Positions 10,516 through 25,400 of a DNA stretch of 64,000 bases are shown here, one piece after another. The DNA is taken from the NCBI GenBank assembly GCA_964016885.1, contig OZ024744.1:6696001-6760000 (forward strand). Direction: 5' to 3'. Each line of letters opens with the position of its first letter. Within the stretch, counting starts at the first letter, position 1. This DNA comes from Eledone cirrhosa (taxonomy: Eukaryota). The position numbers and the translations under genes are program-made. The notes beneath the pieces were generated by a model. It had not been told where the DNA came from. It saw only the letters and a program-made list of their open reading frames with translations, and made no database searches.

Positions 10516-13500
10516 ACTGAGGTAGGTGTGGTGCAGTATCGGTTATGTCTACTGCAGTATTGCACTGATGTAGGTGTGGTGCAGTAACGGTTATGTCTAC
10601 TGCATTATTGCACTGATGTAGGTGTGGTGCAGTAGCGGTTATTTCTACTGCAGTATTGCACTGATGTAGGTGTGGTGCAGTAACGGTTATGTCTACTGCA
10701 GTATTGCACTGATGTAGGTGTGGTGCAGTAACGGTTATGTCTACTGCATTATTGCACTGATGTAGGTATGGTGCAGTAACGGTTATGTCTACTGCAGTAT
10801 TACACTGATGTAGGTGTGGTGCAGTAACGGTTATGTCTACTGCAGTATTGCACTGATGTAGGTGTAGTGCAGTAACGGTTATGTCTACTGCAGTATTGCA
10901 CTGATGTAGGTGTGGTGCTGTAACGGTTATGTCTAATGCAGTATTGCACTGAGGTAGGTGTGGTGCAGTAACGGTTATGTCTACTGCAGTATTGCACTGA
11001 TGTAGCTATGGAGCAGTAACGGTTATGTCTACCGCATTATTGCACTGATGTAGGTGTGGTGCAGTAACGGTTATGTCTAGTGCAGTATTGCACTGAGGTA
11101 GGTGTGGTGCAGTAACGGTTATTTCTACTGCAGTATTGCACTGATGTAGGTGTGGTGCAGTAACGGTTATGTCTACTGTAGTATTGCACTGAGGTAGGTG
11201 TGGTGCAGTAACGGTTATGTCTACTGCAGTATTGCACTGATGTAGGTGTGGTGCAGTAACGGTTATGTCTACTGCAGTATTGCACTGATGTAGGTGTGGT
11301 GCAGTACGGTTAAATCTACTGCAGTATTGCACTGATGTAGGTGTGGTGCAGTAGCGGTTATTTCTACTGCAGTATTGCACTGATGTAGATGTGGTGCACT
11401 AACGGTTATATATACTGCAGTATTGCACTGAGGTAGTTGTGGTGCAGTAACGGTTATGTCTACTGCAATATTGCACTAGGTAGGTGTGGTGCAGTAACGA
11501 TTATGTCTACTGCAGTATTGCACTGATGTAGGTGTGGTGCAGTAACAGTTATGACTACTGCAGCATTGCACTGATGTAGATGTGGTGCAGTAACGGTTAT
11601 GTCTACTGCAGTATTGCACTGAGGTAAATGTGGTGCAGTAACGGTTATGTCTACTGCATTATTGCACTGATGTAGGTGAGGTGCAGTAACGGTTATGTCT
11701 ACTGCAGTATTACACTTAGGTAGGTGTGGTGCAGTAACAGTTATGTCTACTGCAGTATTGCACTTAGGTAGGTGTGGTGCAGTAACGGTTATGTCTGCTG
11801 CAGTATTGCACTGATGTAGGTGTGGTGCAGTAACGGATATTTCTACTGCAGTATTGCACTTAGGTAGGTGTGGTACAGTAACGGTTATGTCTACTGCAGT
11901 ATTGCACTGATGTAGGTGTGGTGCAGTAACGGTTATGTCTACTGCAGTATTGCACTGAGGTAAATGTGGTGCAGTAACGGTTATGTCTACTGCATTATTG
12001 TACTGATGTAGGTGTGGTGCAGTAACGGTTATGTCTACTGCAGTATTGCACTTAGGTAGGTGTGGTGCAGTAACAGTTATGTCTACTGCAGTATTGCACT
12101 TAGGTAGGTATGGTGCAGTAACGGTTATGTCTACTGCAGTATTACACTGATGTAGGTGTGGTGCAGTAACGGTTATGTCTACTGCAGCATTGCACTGATG
12201 TAGGTGTAGTGCAGTAACGGCTATGTCTACTGCAGTATTGCACTGATGTAGGTGTGGTGCTGTAACGGTTATGTCTATTGCAGTATTACACTGAGGTAGG
12301 TGTGGTGCAGTATCGGTTATGTCTACTGCAGTATTGCACTGATGTAGGTGTGGTGCAGTAACGGTTATGTCTACTGCATTATTGCACTGATGTAGGTGTG
12401 GTGCAGTAGCGGTTATTTCTACTGCAGTATTGCACTGATGTAGGTGTGGTGCAGTAACGGTTATGTCTACTGCAGTATTGCACTGATGTAGGTGTGGTGC
12501 AGTAACGGTTATGTCTACTGCATTATTGCACTGATGTAGGTATGGTGCAGTAACGGTTATGTCTACTGCAGTATTACACTGATGTAGGTGTGATGCAGTA
12601 ACGGTTATGTCTACTGCAGTATTGCACTGATGTAGGTGTAGTGCAGTAACGGTTATGTCTACTGCAGTATTGCACTGATGTAGGTGTGGTGCTGTAACGG
12701 TTATGTCTATTGCAGTATTGCACTGAGGTAGGTGTGGTGCAGTAACGGTTATGTCTACTGCATTATTGCACTGATGTAGCTATGGTGCAGTAACGGTTAT
12801 GTCAACTGCATTGTTGCACTGATGTAGGTGTGGTGCAGTAACGGTTATGTCTAGTGCAGTATTGCACTGAGGTAGGTGTGGTGCAGTAACGGTTATTTCT
12901 ACTGCAGTATTGCACTGATGTAGATGTGGTGCTGTAACGGTTATATATACTGCAGTATTGCACTGAGGTAGTTGTGGTGCAGTAACGGTTATGTCTACTG
13001 CAATGTTGCACTAGTTAGGTGTGGTGCAGTAACGATTATGTCTACTGCAGTATTGCACAAGATGTAGGTGTGGTGCAGTAACAGTTATGTCTACTGCAGT
13101 ATTGCACTGATGTAGGTGTGGTGCATTAACGGTTATGTCTACTGCAGTATTGCACTGATGTACGTGTGGTGCAGTGAAGGTTATGTCTATTGCAGTATTG
13201 CACTGAGGTAGGTGTGGTGCAGTAACGGTTATTTCTACGGCAGTATTGCACTGATGTAGTTGTGGTGCAGTAACGGTTATGTCTACTGCAGTATTGCACT
13301 GATGTAGGTGTAGTGCAGTAACGGCTATGTCTACTGCAGTATTGCACTGATGTAGGTGTGGTGCTGTAACGGTTATGTCTATTGCAGTATTACACTGATG
13401 TAGGTGTGGTGCAGTAACGGAGATGTCTACTGCAGTATTGCACTGATGTAGGTGTAGTGCAGTAACGGCTATGTCTACTGCAGTATTGCACTGATGTAGG

Positions 13501-16500
13501 TGTGGTGCTGTAACGGTTATGTCTATTGCAGTATTACACTGATGTAGGTGTGGTGCAGTAACGGTTATGTCTACTGCAGTATTGCACTGATGTAGGTATG
13601 GTGCAGTAACGGTTATGTCTACTGCAGTATTACACTGATGTAGGTGTGGTGCAGTAACGGTTATGTCTACTGCAGTATTGCACTGATGTAGGTGTAGTGC
13701 AGTAACGGTTTCTGTCTACTGCAGTATTGCACTGATGTAGGTGTGGTGCTGTAACGGTTATGTCTATTGCAGTATTGCACTGAGGTAGGTGTGGTGCAGT
13801 AACGGTTATGTCTACTGCAGTATTGCACTGATGTAGCTATGGTGCAGTAACGGTTATGTCAACTGCATTGTTGCACTGATGTAGGTGTGGTGCAGTAACG
13901 GTTATGTCTAGTGCAGTATTGCACTGAGGTAGGTGTGGTGCAGTAACGGTTATTTCTACTGCAGTATTGCACTGATGTAGATGTGGTGCTGTAACGGTTA
14001 TATATACTGCAGTATTGCACTGAGGTAGTTGTGGTGCAGTAACGGTTATGTCTACTGCAATGTTGCACTAGTTAGGTGTGGTGCAGTAACGATTATGTCT
14101 ACTGCAGTATTGCACTGAGGTAGGTGTGGTGCAGTAACGGTTATGTCTACTGCAGTATTGCTTTGATGTAGGTGTGGTGCAGTAACGGTTATGTCTACTG
14201 CAGTATTGCACTGATGTAGGTGTGGTGCAGTACGGTTAAATCTACTGCAGTATTGCACTGATGTAGGTGTGGTGCAGTAGCGGTTATTTCTACTGCAGTA
14301 TTGCACTGATGTAGGTGTGGTGCAGTAACGGTTATGTCTACTGCAGTATTGCACTGATGTAGGTGTGGTGCAGTAACGGTTATGTCTACTGCATTATTGC
14401 ACTGATGTAGGTATGGTGCAGTAACGGTTATGTCTACTTCAGTATTACACTGATGTAGGGGTGGTGCAGTAACGGTTATGTCTACTGCAGTATTGCACTG
14501 ATGTAGGTGTAGTGCAGTAACAGCTATGTCTACTGCAGTATTGCACTGATGTAGGTGTGGTGCTGTAACGGTTATGTCTATTGCAGTATTACACTGAGGT
14601 AGGTGTGGTGCAGTATCGGTTATGTCTACTGCAGTATTGCACTGATGTAGGTGTGGTGCAGTAACGGTTATGTCTACTGCATTATTGCACTGATGTAGGT
14701 GTGGTGCAGTAGCGGTTATTTCTACTGCAGTATTGCACTGATGTAGGTATGGTGCAGTAACGGTTATGTCTACTGCAGTATTACACTGATGTAGGTGTGC
14801 TGCAGTAACGGTTATGTCTACTGCAGTATTGCACTGATGTAGGTGTAGTGCAGTAACGGTTATGTCTCTGCAGTATTGCACTGATGTAGGTGTGGTGCTG
14901 TAACGGTTATGTCTATTGCAGTATTGCACTGAGGTAGGTGTGGTGCAGTAACGGTTATGTCTACTGCAGTATTGCACTGATGTAGCTATGGTGCAGTAAC
15001 GGTTATGTCAACTGCATTATTGCACTGATGTAGGTGTGGTGCAGTAACGGTTATGTCTAGTGCAGTATTGCACTGAGGTAGGTGTGGTGCAGTAACGGTT
15101 ATTTCTACTGCAGTATTGCACTGATGTAGGTGTGGTGCGGTAACGGTTATGTCTACTGTAGTATTGCACTGAGGTAGGTGTAGTGCTGTAACGGTTATGT
15201 CTACTGCAGTATTGCACTGATGTAGGTGTGGTGCAGTAACGGTTATGTCTACTGCAGTATTGCACTGAGGTAAATGTGGTGCAGTAACGGATATGTCTAC
15301 TGCATTATTGCACAGATGTAGGTGTGGTGCAGTAATGGTTATGTCTACTGCAGTATTGCACTTAGGTAGGTGTGGTGCAGTAACAGTTATGTCTACTGCA
15401 GTATTGCACTTAGGTAGGTGTGGTGCAGTAAGGTTATGTCTACTGCAGTATTGCACTGATGTAGGTGTGGTGCAGTAACGGATATTTCTACTGCAGTTTT
15501 GCACTTAGGTAGGTGTGGTGCAGTAACGGTTATGTCTACTGCAGTATTGCACTGATGTAGGTGTGATGCAGTAACGGTTATTCTACTGCAGTATTGCACT
15601 GATGTAGGTGTGGTGCAGTAACGGTTATTTCTACTGCAGTATTGCACTGATGTATGTGTGGTGCAGTAACGGTTATGTCTACTGCAGTATTACACTGATG
15701 TAGGTGTGGTGCACTAACGGTTATGTCTACTGCAGTATTGCACTGATGTAGGTGTGGTGCTGTAACGGTTATGTCTATTGCAGTATTGCACTGAGGTAGG
15801 TGTGGTGCAGTAACGGTTATGTCTACTGCAGTATTGCACTGATGTAGGTATGGTGCAGTAACGGTTATGTCTACTGCAGTATTGCACTGATGTAGGTGTC
15901 GTGCAGTAACGGTTATGTCTACTGCTGTATTGCACTGATGTAGGTGTGGTGCAGTAACGGTTATGTCTACCGCATTATTGCACTGATGTAGGTGTGGTGC
16001 AGTAACGGTTATGTCTAGTGCAGTATTGCACTGAGGTAGGTGTAGTGCAGTAACGGTTATGTCTACTGCAGTATTGCACTGATGTAGGTATGGTGCAGTA
16101 ACGGTTATGTCTACTGCAGTATTGCACTGATGTAGGTGTTGTGCAGTAACGGTTATGTCTACTGCTGTATTGCACTGATGTAGGTGTGGTGCAGTAACGG
16201 TTATGTCTACCGCATTATTGCACTGATGTAGGTGTGGTGCAGTAACGGTTATGTCTAGTGCAGTATTGCACTGAGGTAGGTGTGGTGCATTAACGGTTAT
16301 GTCTACTGCAGTATTGCACTGATGTACGTGTGGTGCAGTGAAGGTTATGTCTATTGCAGTATTGCACTGAGGTAGGTGTGGTGCAGTAACGGTTATTTCT
16401 ACGGCAGTATTGCACTGATGTAGTTGTGGTGCAGTAACGGTTATGTCTACTGCAGTATTGCACTGATGTAGGTGTAGTGCAGTAACGGCTATGTCTACTG

Positions 16501-19500
16501 CAGTATTGCACTGATGTAGGTGTGGTGCTGTAACGGTTATGTCTATTGCAGTATTACACTGATGTAGGTGTGGTGCAGTAACGGTTATGTCTACTGCAGT
16601 ATTGCACTGATGTAGGTGTAGTGCAGTAACGGCTATGTCTACTGCAGTATTGCACTGATGTAGGTGTGGTGCTGTAACGGTTATGTCTATTGCAGTATTA
16701 CACTGAGGTAGGTGTGGTGCAGTATCGGTTATGTCTACTGCAGTATTGCACTGATGTAGGTGTGGTGCAGTAACGGTTATGTCTACTGCATTATTGCACT
16801 GATGTAGGTGTGGTGCAGTAGCGGTTATTTCTACTGCAGTATTGCACTGATGTAGGTGTGGTGCAGTAACGGTTATGTCTACTGCAGTATTGCACTGATG
16901 TAGGTGTGGTGCAGTAACGGTTATGTCTACTGCATTATTGCACTGATGTAGGTATGGTGCAGTAACGGTTATGTCTACTGCAGTATTACACTGATGTAGG
17001 TGTGGTGCAGTAACGGTTATGTCTACTGCAGTATTGCACTGATGTAGGTGTAGTGCAGTAACGGTTATGTCTACTGCAGTATTGCACTGATGTAGGTGTG
17101 GTGCTGTAACGGTTATGTCTAATGCAGTATTGCACTGAGGTAGGTGTGGTGCAGTAACGGTTATGTCTACTGCAGTATTGCACTGATGTAGCTATGGTGC
17201 AGTAACGGTTATGTCTACCGTATTATTGCACTGATGTAGGTGTGGTGCAGTAACGGTTATGTCTAGTGCAGTATTGCACTGAGGTAGGTGTGGTGCAGTA
17301 ACGGTTATTTCTACTGCAGTATTGCACTGATGTAGGTGTGGTGCAGTAACGGTTATGTCTACTGTAGTATTGCACTGAGGTAGGTGTGGTGCAGTAACGG
17401 TTATGTCTACTGCAGTATTGCACTGATGTAGGTGTGGTGCAGTAACGGTTATGTCTACTGCAGTATTGCACTGATGTAGATGTGGTGCACTAACGGTTAT
17501 ATATACTGCAGTATTGCACTGAGGTAGTTGTGGTGCAGTAACGGTTATGTCTACTGCAATATTGCACTAGGTAGGTGTGGTGCAGTAACGATTATGTCTA
17601 CTGCAGTATTGCACTGATGTAGGTGTGGTGCAGTAACAGTTATGACTACTGCAGCATTGCACTGATGTAGATGTGGTGCAGTAACGGTTATGTCTACTGC
17701 AGTATTGCACTGAGGTAAATGTGGTGCAGTAACGGTTATGTCTACTGCATTATTGCACTGATGTAGGTGAGGTGCAGTAACGGTTATGTCTACTGCAGTA
17801 TTACACTTAGGTAGGTGTGGTGCAGTAACAGTTATGTCTACTGCAGTATTGCACTTAGGTAGGTGTGGTGCAGTAACGGTTATGTCTGCTGCAGTATTGC
17901 ACTGATGTAGGTGTGGTGCAGTAACGGATATTTCTACTGCAGTATTGCACTTAGGTAGGTGTGGTACAGTAACGGTTATGTCTACTGCAGTATTGCACTG
18001 ATGTAGGTGTGGTGCAGTAACGGTTATGTCTACTGCAGTATTGCACTGAGGTAAATGTGGTGCAGTAACGGTTATGTCTACTGCATTATAGTACTGATGT
18101 AGGTGTGGTGCAGTAACGGTTATGTCTACTGCAGTATTGCACTTAGGTAGGTGTGGTGCAGTAACAGTTATGTCTACTGCAGTATTGCACTTAGGTAGGT
18201 ATGATGCAGTAACGGTTATGTCTACTGCAGTATTACACTGATGTAGGTGTGGTGCAGTAACGGTTATGTCTACTGCAGTATTGCACTGATGTAGGTGTAG
18301 TGCAGTAACGGCTATGTCTACTGCAGTATTGCACTGATGTAGGTGTGGTGCTGTAACGGTTATGTCTATTGCAGTATTACACTGAGGTAGGTGTGGTGCA
18401 GTATCGGTTATGTCTACTGCAGTATTGCACTGATGTAGGTGTGGTGCAGTAACGGTTATGTCTACTGCATTATTGCACTGATGTAGGTGTGGTGCAGTAG
18501 CGGTTATTTCTACTGCAGTATTGCACTGATGTAGGTGTGGTGCAGTAACGGTTATGTCTACTGCAGTATTGCACTGATGTAGGTGTGGTGCAGTAACGGT
18601 TATGTCTACTGCATTATTGCACTGATGTAGGTATGGTGCAGTAACGGTTATGTCTACTGCAGTATTACACTGATGTAGGTGTGATGCAGTAACGGTTATG
18701 TCTACTGCAGTATTGCACTGATGTAGGTGTAGTGCAGTAACGGTTATGTCTACTGCAGTATTGCACTGATGTAGGTGTGGTGCTGTAACGGTTATGTCTA
18801 TTGCAGTATTGCACTGAGGTAGGTGTGGTGCAGTAACGGTTATGTCTACTGCAGTATTGCACTGATGTAGCTATGGTGCAGTAACGGTTATGTCAACTGC
18901 ATTGTTGCACTGATGTAGGTGTGGTGCAGTAACGGTTATGTCTAGTGCAGTATTGCACTGAGGTAGGTGTGGTGCAGTAACGGTTATTTCTACTGCAGTA
19001 TTGCACTGATGTAGATGTGGTGCTGTAACGGTTATATATACTGCAGTATTGCACTGAGGTAGTTGTGGTGCAGTAACGGTTATGTCTACTGCAATGTTGC
19101 ACTAGTTAGGTGTGGTGCAGTAACGATTATGTCTACTGCAGTATTGCACAAGATGTAGGTGTGGTGCAGTAACAGTTATGTCTACTGCAGTATTGCACTG
19201 ATGTAGGTGTGGTGCATTAACGGTTATGTCTACTGCAGTATTGCACTGATGTACGTGTGGTGCAGTGAAGGTTATGTCTATTGCAGTATTGCACTGAGGT
19301 AGGTGTGGTGCAGTAACGGTTATTTCTACGGCAGTATTGCACTGATGTAGTTGTGGTGCAGTAACGGTTATGTCTACTGCAGTATTGCACTGATGTAGGT
19401 GTAGTGCAGTAACGGCTATGTCTACTGCAGTATTGCACTGATGTAGGTGTGGTGCTGTAACGGTTATGTCTATTGCAGTATTACACTGATGTAGGTGTGG

Positions 19501-22470
19501 TGCAGTAACGGAGATGTCTACTGCAGTATTGCACTGATGTAGGTGTAGTGCAGTAACGGCTATGTCTACTGCAGTATTGCACTGATGTAGGTGTGGTGCT
19601 GTAACGGTTATGTCTATTGCAGTATTACACTGATGTAGGTGTGGTGCAGTAACGGTTATGTCTACTGCAGTATTGCACTGATGTAGGTATGGTGCAGTAA
19701 CGGTTATGTCTACTGCAGTATTACACTGATGTAGGTGTGGTGCAGTAACGGTTATGTCTACTGCAGTATTGCACTGATGTAGGTGTAGTGCAGTAACGGT
19801 TATGTCTACTGCAGTATTGCACTGATGTAGGTGTGGTGCTGTAACGGTTATGTCTATTGCAGTATTGCACTGAGGTAGGTGTGGTGCAGTAACGGTTATG
19901 TCTACTGCAGTATTGCACTGATGTAGCTATGGTGCAGTAACGGTTATGTCAACTGCATTGTTGCACTGATGTAGGTGTGGTGCAGTAACGGTTATGTCTA
20001 GTGCAGTATTGCACTGAGGTAGGTGTGGTGCAGTAACGGTTATTTCTACTGCAGTATTGCACTGATGTAGATGTGGTGCTGTAACGGTTATATATACTGC
20101 AGTATTGCACTGAGGTAGTTGTGGTGCAGTAACGGTTATGTCTACTGCAATGTTGCACTAGTTAGGTGTGGTGCAGTAACGATTATGTCTACTGCAGTAT
20201 TGCACTGAGGTAGGTGTGGTGCAGTAACGGTTATGTCTACTGCAGTATTGCACTGATGTAGGTGTGGTGCAGTAACGGTTATGTCTACTGCAGTATTGCA
20301 CTGATGTAGGTGTGGTGCAGTACGGTTAAATCTACTGCAGTATTGCACTGATGTAGGTGTGGTGCAGTAGCGGTTATTTCTACTGCAGTATTGCACTGAT
20401 GTAGGTGTGGTGCAGTAACGGTTATGTCTACTGCAGTATTGCACTGATGTAGGTGTGGTGCAGTAACGGTTATGTCTACTGCATTATTGCACTGATGTAG
20501 GTATGGTGCAGTAACGGTTATGTCTACTTCAGTATTACACTGATGTAGGTGTGGTGCAGTAACGGTTATGTCTACTGCAGTATTGCACTGATGTAGGTGT
20601 AGTGCAGTAACAGCTATGTCTACTGCAGTATTGCACTGATGTAGGTGTGGTGCTGTAACGGTTATGTCTATTGCAGTATTACACTGAGGTAGGTGTGGTG
20701 CAGTATCGGTTATGTCTACTGCAGTATTGCACTGATGTAGGTGTGGTGCAGTAACGGTTATGTCTACTGCATTATTGCACTGATGTAGGTGTGGTGCAGT
20801 AGCGGTTATTTCTACTGCAGTATTGCACTGATGTAGGTGTGGTGCAGTAACGGTTATGTCTACTGCAGTATTGCACTGATGTAGGTGTGGTGCAGTAACG
20901 GTTATGTCTACTGCATTATTGCACTGATGTAGGTATGGTGCAGTAACGGTTATGTCTACTGCAGTATTACACTGATGTAGGTGTGCTGCAGTAACGGTTA
21001 TGTCTACTGCAGTATTGCACTGATGTAGGTGTAGTGCAGTAACGGTTATGTCTCTGCAGTATTGCACTGATGTAGGTGTGGTGCTGTAACGGTTATGTCT
21101 ATTGCAGTATTGCACTGAGGTAGGTGTGGTGCAGTAACGGTTATGTCTACTGCAGTATTGCACTGATGTAGCTATGGTGCAGTAACGGTTATGTCAACTG
21201 CATTATTGCACTGATGTAGGTGTGGTGCAGTAACGGTTATGTCTAGTGCAGTATTGCACTGAGGTAGGTGTGGTGCAGTAACGGTTATTTCTACTGCAGT
21301 ATTGCACTGATGTAGGTGTGGTGCAGTAACGGTTATGTCTACTGTAGTATTGCACTGAGGTAGGTGTAGTGCTGTAACGGTTATGTCTACTGCAGTATTG
21401 CACTGATGTAGGTGTGGTGCAGTAACGGTTATGTCTACTGCAGTATTGCACTGAGGTAAATGTGGTGCAGTAACGGATATGTCTACTGCATTATTGCACA
21501 GATGTAGGTGTGGTGCAGTAATGGTTATGTCTACTGCAGTATTGCACTTAGGTAGGTGTGGTGCAGTAACAGTTATGTCTACTGCAGTATTGCACTTAGG
21601 TAGGTGTGGTGCAGTAAGGTTATGTCTACTGCAGTATTGCACTGATGTAGGTGTGGTGCAGTAACGGATATTTCTACTGCAGTTTTGCACTTAGGTAGGT
21701 GTGGTGCAGTAACGGTTATGTCTACTGCAGTATTGCACTGATGTAGGTGTGGTGCAGTAACGGTTATTCTACTGCAGTATTGCACTGATGTAGGTGTGGT
21801 GCAGTAACGGTTATTTCTACTGCAGTATTGCACTGATGTATGTGTGGTGCAGTAACGGTTATGTCTACTGCAGTATTACACTGATGTAGGTGTGGTGCAC
21901 TAACGGTTATGTCTACTGCAGTATTGCACTGATGTAGGTGTGGTGCTGTAACGGTTATGTCTATTGCAGTATTGCACTGAGGTAGGTGTGGTGCAGTAAC
22001 TGTTATGTCTACTGCAGTATTGCACTGATGTAGGTATGGTGCAGTAACGGTTATGTCTACTGCAGTATTGCACTGATGTAGGTGTTGTGCAGTAACGGTT
22101 ATGTCTACTGCTGTATTGCACTGATGTAGGTGTGGTGCAGTAACGGTTATGTCTACCGCATTATTGCACTGATGTAGGTGTGGTGCAGTAACGGTTATGT
22201 CTAGTGCAGTATTGCACTGAGGTAGGTGTAGTGCAGTAACGGTTATGTCTACTGCAGTATTGCACTGATGTAGGTATGGTGCAGTAACGGTTATGTCTAC
22301 TGCAGTATTGCACTGATGTAGGTGTTGTGCAGTAACGGTTATGTCTACTGCTGTATTGCACTGATGTAGGTGTGGTGCAGTAACGGTTATGTCTACCGCA
22401 TTATTGCACTGATGTAGGTGTGGTGCAGTAACGGTTATGTCTAGTGCAGTATTGCACTGAGGTAGGTGTG
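10100..22470. repeat. Tandem ~6.19-kb duplication (about 10100-16285 and 16286-22470)
   Basis: ORF twins at +6186 (10104/16290, 10800/16986, 14986/21172, 15975/22161) and at +6090-6091 in the middle (12802/18893, 14052/20142). Both copies share the rare 49-bp 'gcacaagatg' monomer (about 13059 and 19150). Confidence 0.88.
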
Positions 22471-25400
22471 GTGCAGTAACGGTTATTTCTACTGCAGTAT
22501 TGCACTGATGTAGGTATGGTGCAGTAACGGTTATGTCTACTGCAGTATTGCACTGATGTAGGTGTTGTGCAGTAACGGTTATGTCTACTGCTGTATTGCA
22601 CTGATGTAGGTGTGGTGCAGTAACGGTAATGTCTACCGCATTATTGCACTGATGTAGGTGTGGTGCAGTAACGGTTATGTCTAGTGCAGTATTGCACTGA
22701 GGTAGGTGTGGTGCAGTAACGGTTATTTCTACTGCAGTATTGCACTTAGGTAGGTGTGGTGCAGTAAGGTTATGTCTACTGCAGTATTGCACTGATGTAG
22801 GTATGGTGCAGTAACGGTTATGTCTACTGCAGTATTGCACTGATGTAGGTGTGGTGCAGTAACGGTTATATCTACTGCATTATTGCACTGACGTAGGTAT
22901 GGTGCAGTAACGGTTATGTCTACTGCAGTATTACACTGATGTAGGTGTGGTGCAGTAACGGTTATGTCTACTGCAGTATTGCACTGATGTATGTGTAGTG
23001 CAGTAACGGCTATGTCTACTGCAGTATTGCACTGATGTAGGTGTGGTGCTGTAACGGTTATGTCTATTGCAGTATTACACTGAGGTAGGTGTGGTGCAGT
23101 ATCGGTTATGTCTACTGCAGTATTGCACTGATGTAGGTGTGGTGCAGTAACGGTTATGTCTACTGCATTATTGCACTGATGTAGGTGTGGTGCAGTAGCG
23201 GTTATTTCTACTGCAGTATTGCACTGATGTAGGTGTGGTGCAGTAACGGTTATGTCTACTGCAGTATTGCACTGATGTAGGTGTGGTGCAGTAACGGTTA
23301 TGTCTACTGCATTATTGCACTGATGTAGGTATGGTGCAGTAACGGTTATGTCTACTGCAGTATTACACTGATGTAGGTGTGGTGCAGTAACGGTTATGTC
23401 TACTGCAGTATTGCACTGATGTAGGTGTAGTGCAGTAACGGTTATGTCTACTGCAGTATTGCACTGATGTAGGTGTGGTGCTGTAACGGTTATGTCTATT
23501 GCAGTATTGCACTGAGGTAGGTGTGGTGCAGTAACGCTTATGTCTACTGCAGTATTGCACTGATGTAGCTATGGTGCAGTAACGGTTATGTCAACTGCAT
23601 TGTTGCACTGATGTAGGTGTGGTGCAGTAACGGTTATGTCTAGTGCAGTATTGCACTGAGGTAGGTGTGGTGCAGTAACGGTTATTTCTACTGCAGTATT
23701 GCACTGATGTAGATGTGGTGCTGTAACGGTTATATATACTGCAGTATTGCACTGAGGTAGTTGTGGTGCAGTAACGGTTATGTCTACTGCAATGTTGCAC
23801 TAGTTAGGTGTGGTGCAGTAACGATTATGTCTACTGCAGTATGGCACTGATGTAGGTGTGGTGCAGTAACAGTTATGTCTACTGCAGTATTGCACTGATG
23901 TAGGTGTGGTGCATTAACGGTTATGTCTACTGCAGTATTGCACTGATGTACGTGTGGTGCAGTGAAGGTTATGTCTATTGCAGTATTGCACTGAGGTAGG
24001 TGTGGTGCAGTAACGGTTATTTCTACGGCAGTATTGCACTGATGTAGTTGTGGTGCAGTAACGGTTATGTCTACTGCAGTATTGCACTGATGTAGGTGTA
24101 GTGCAGTAACGGCTATGTCTACTGCAGTATTGCACTGATGTAGGTGTGGTGCTGTAACGGTTATGTCTATTGCAGTATTACACTGATGTAGGTGTGGTGC
24201 AGTAACGGTTATGTCTACTGCAGTATTGCACTGATGTAGGTGTAGTGCAGTAACGGCTATGTCTACTGCAGTATTGCACTGATGTAGGTGTGGTGCTGTA
24301 ACGGTTATGTCTATTGCAGTATTACACTGATGTAGGTGTGGTGCAGTAACGGTTATGTCTACTGCAGTATTGCACTGATGTAGGTATGGTGCAGTAACGG
24401 TTATGTCTACTGCAGTATTACACTGATGTAGGTGTGGTGCAGTAACGGTTATGTCTACTGCAGTATTGCACTGATGTAGGTGTAGTGCAGTAACGGTTAT
24501 GTCTACTGCAGTATTGCACTGATGTAGGTGTGGTGCTGTAACGGTTATGTCTATTGCAGTATTGCACTGAGGTAGGTGTGGTGCAGTAACGGTTATGTCT
24601 ACTGCAGTATTGCACTGATGTAGCTATGGTGCAGTAACGGTTATGTCAACTGCATTGTTGCACTGATGTAGGTGTGGTGCAGTAACGGTTATGTCTAGTG
24701 CAGTATTGCACTGAGGTAGGTGTGGTGCAGTAACGGTTATTTCTACTGCAGTATTGCACTGATGTAGATGTGGTGCTGTAACGGTTATATATACTGCAGT
24801 ATTGCACTGAGGTAGTTGTGGTGCAGTAACGGTTATGTCTACTGCAATGTTGCACTAGTTAGGTGTGGTGCAGTAACGATTATGTCTACTGCAGTATTGC
24901 ACTGATGTAGGTGTGGTGCAGTAACAGTTATGTCTACTGCAGTATTGCACTGATGTAGGTGTGGTGCATTAACGGTTATGTCTACTGCAGTATTGCACTG
25001 ATGTACGTGTGGTGCAGTGAAGGTTATGTCTATTGCAGTATTGCACTGAGGTAGGTGTGGTGCAGTAACGGTTATTTCTACGGCAGTATTGCACTGATGT
25101 AGTTGTGGTGCAGTAACGGTTATGTCTACTGCAGTATTGCACTGATGTAGGTGTAGTGCAGTAACGGCTATGTCTACTGCAGTATTGCACTGATGTAGGT
25201 GTGGTGCTGTAACGGTTATGTCTATTGCAGTATTACACTGATGTAGGTGTGGTGCAGTAACGGTTATGTATACTGCAGTATTGCACTGATGTAGGTGTAG
25301 TGCAGTAACGGCTATGTCTACTGCAGTATTGCACTGATGTAGGTGTGGTGCAGTAACGGTTATGTCTACTGCAGTATTGCACTGATGTAGGTGTGGTGCA

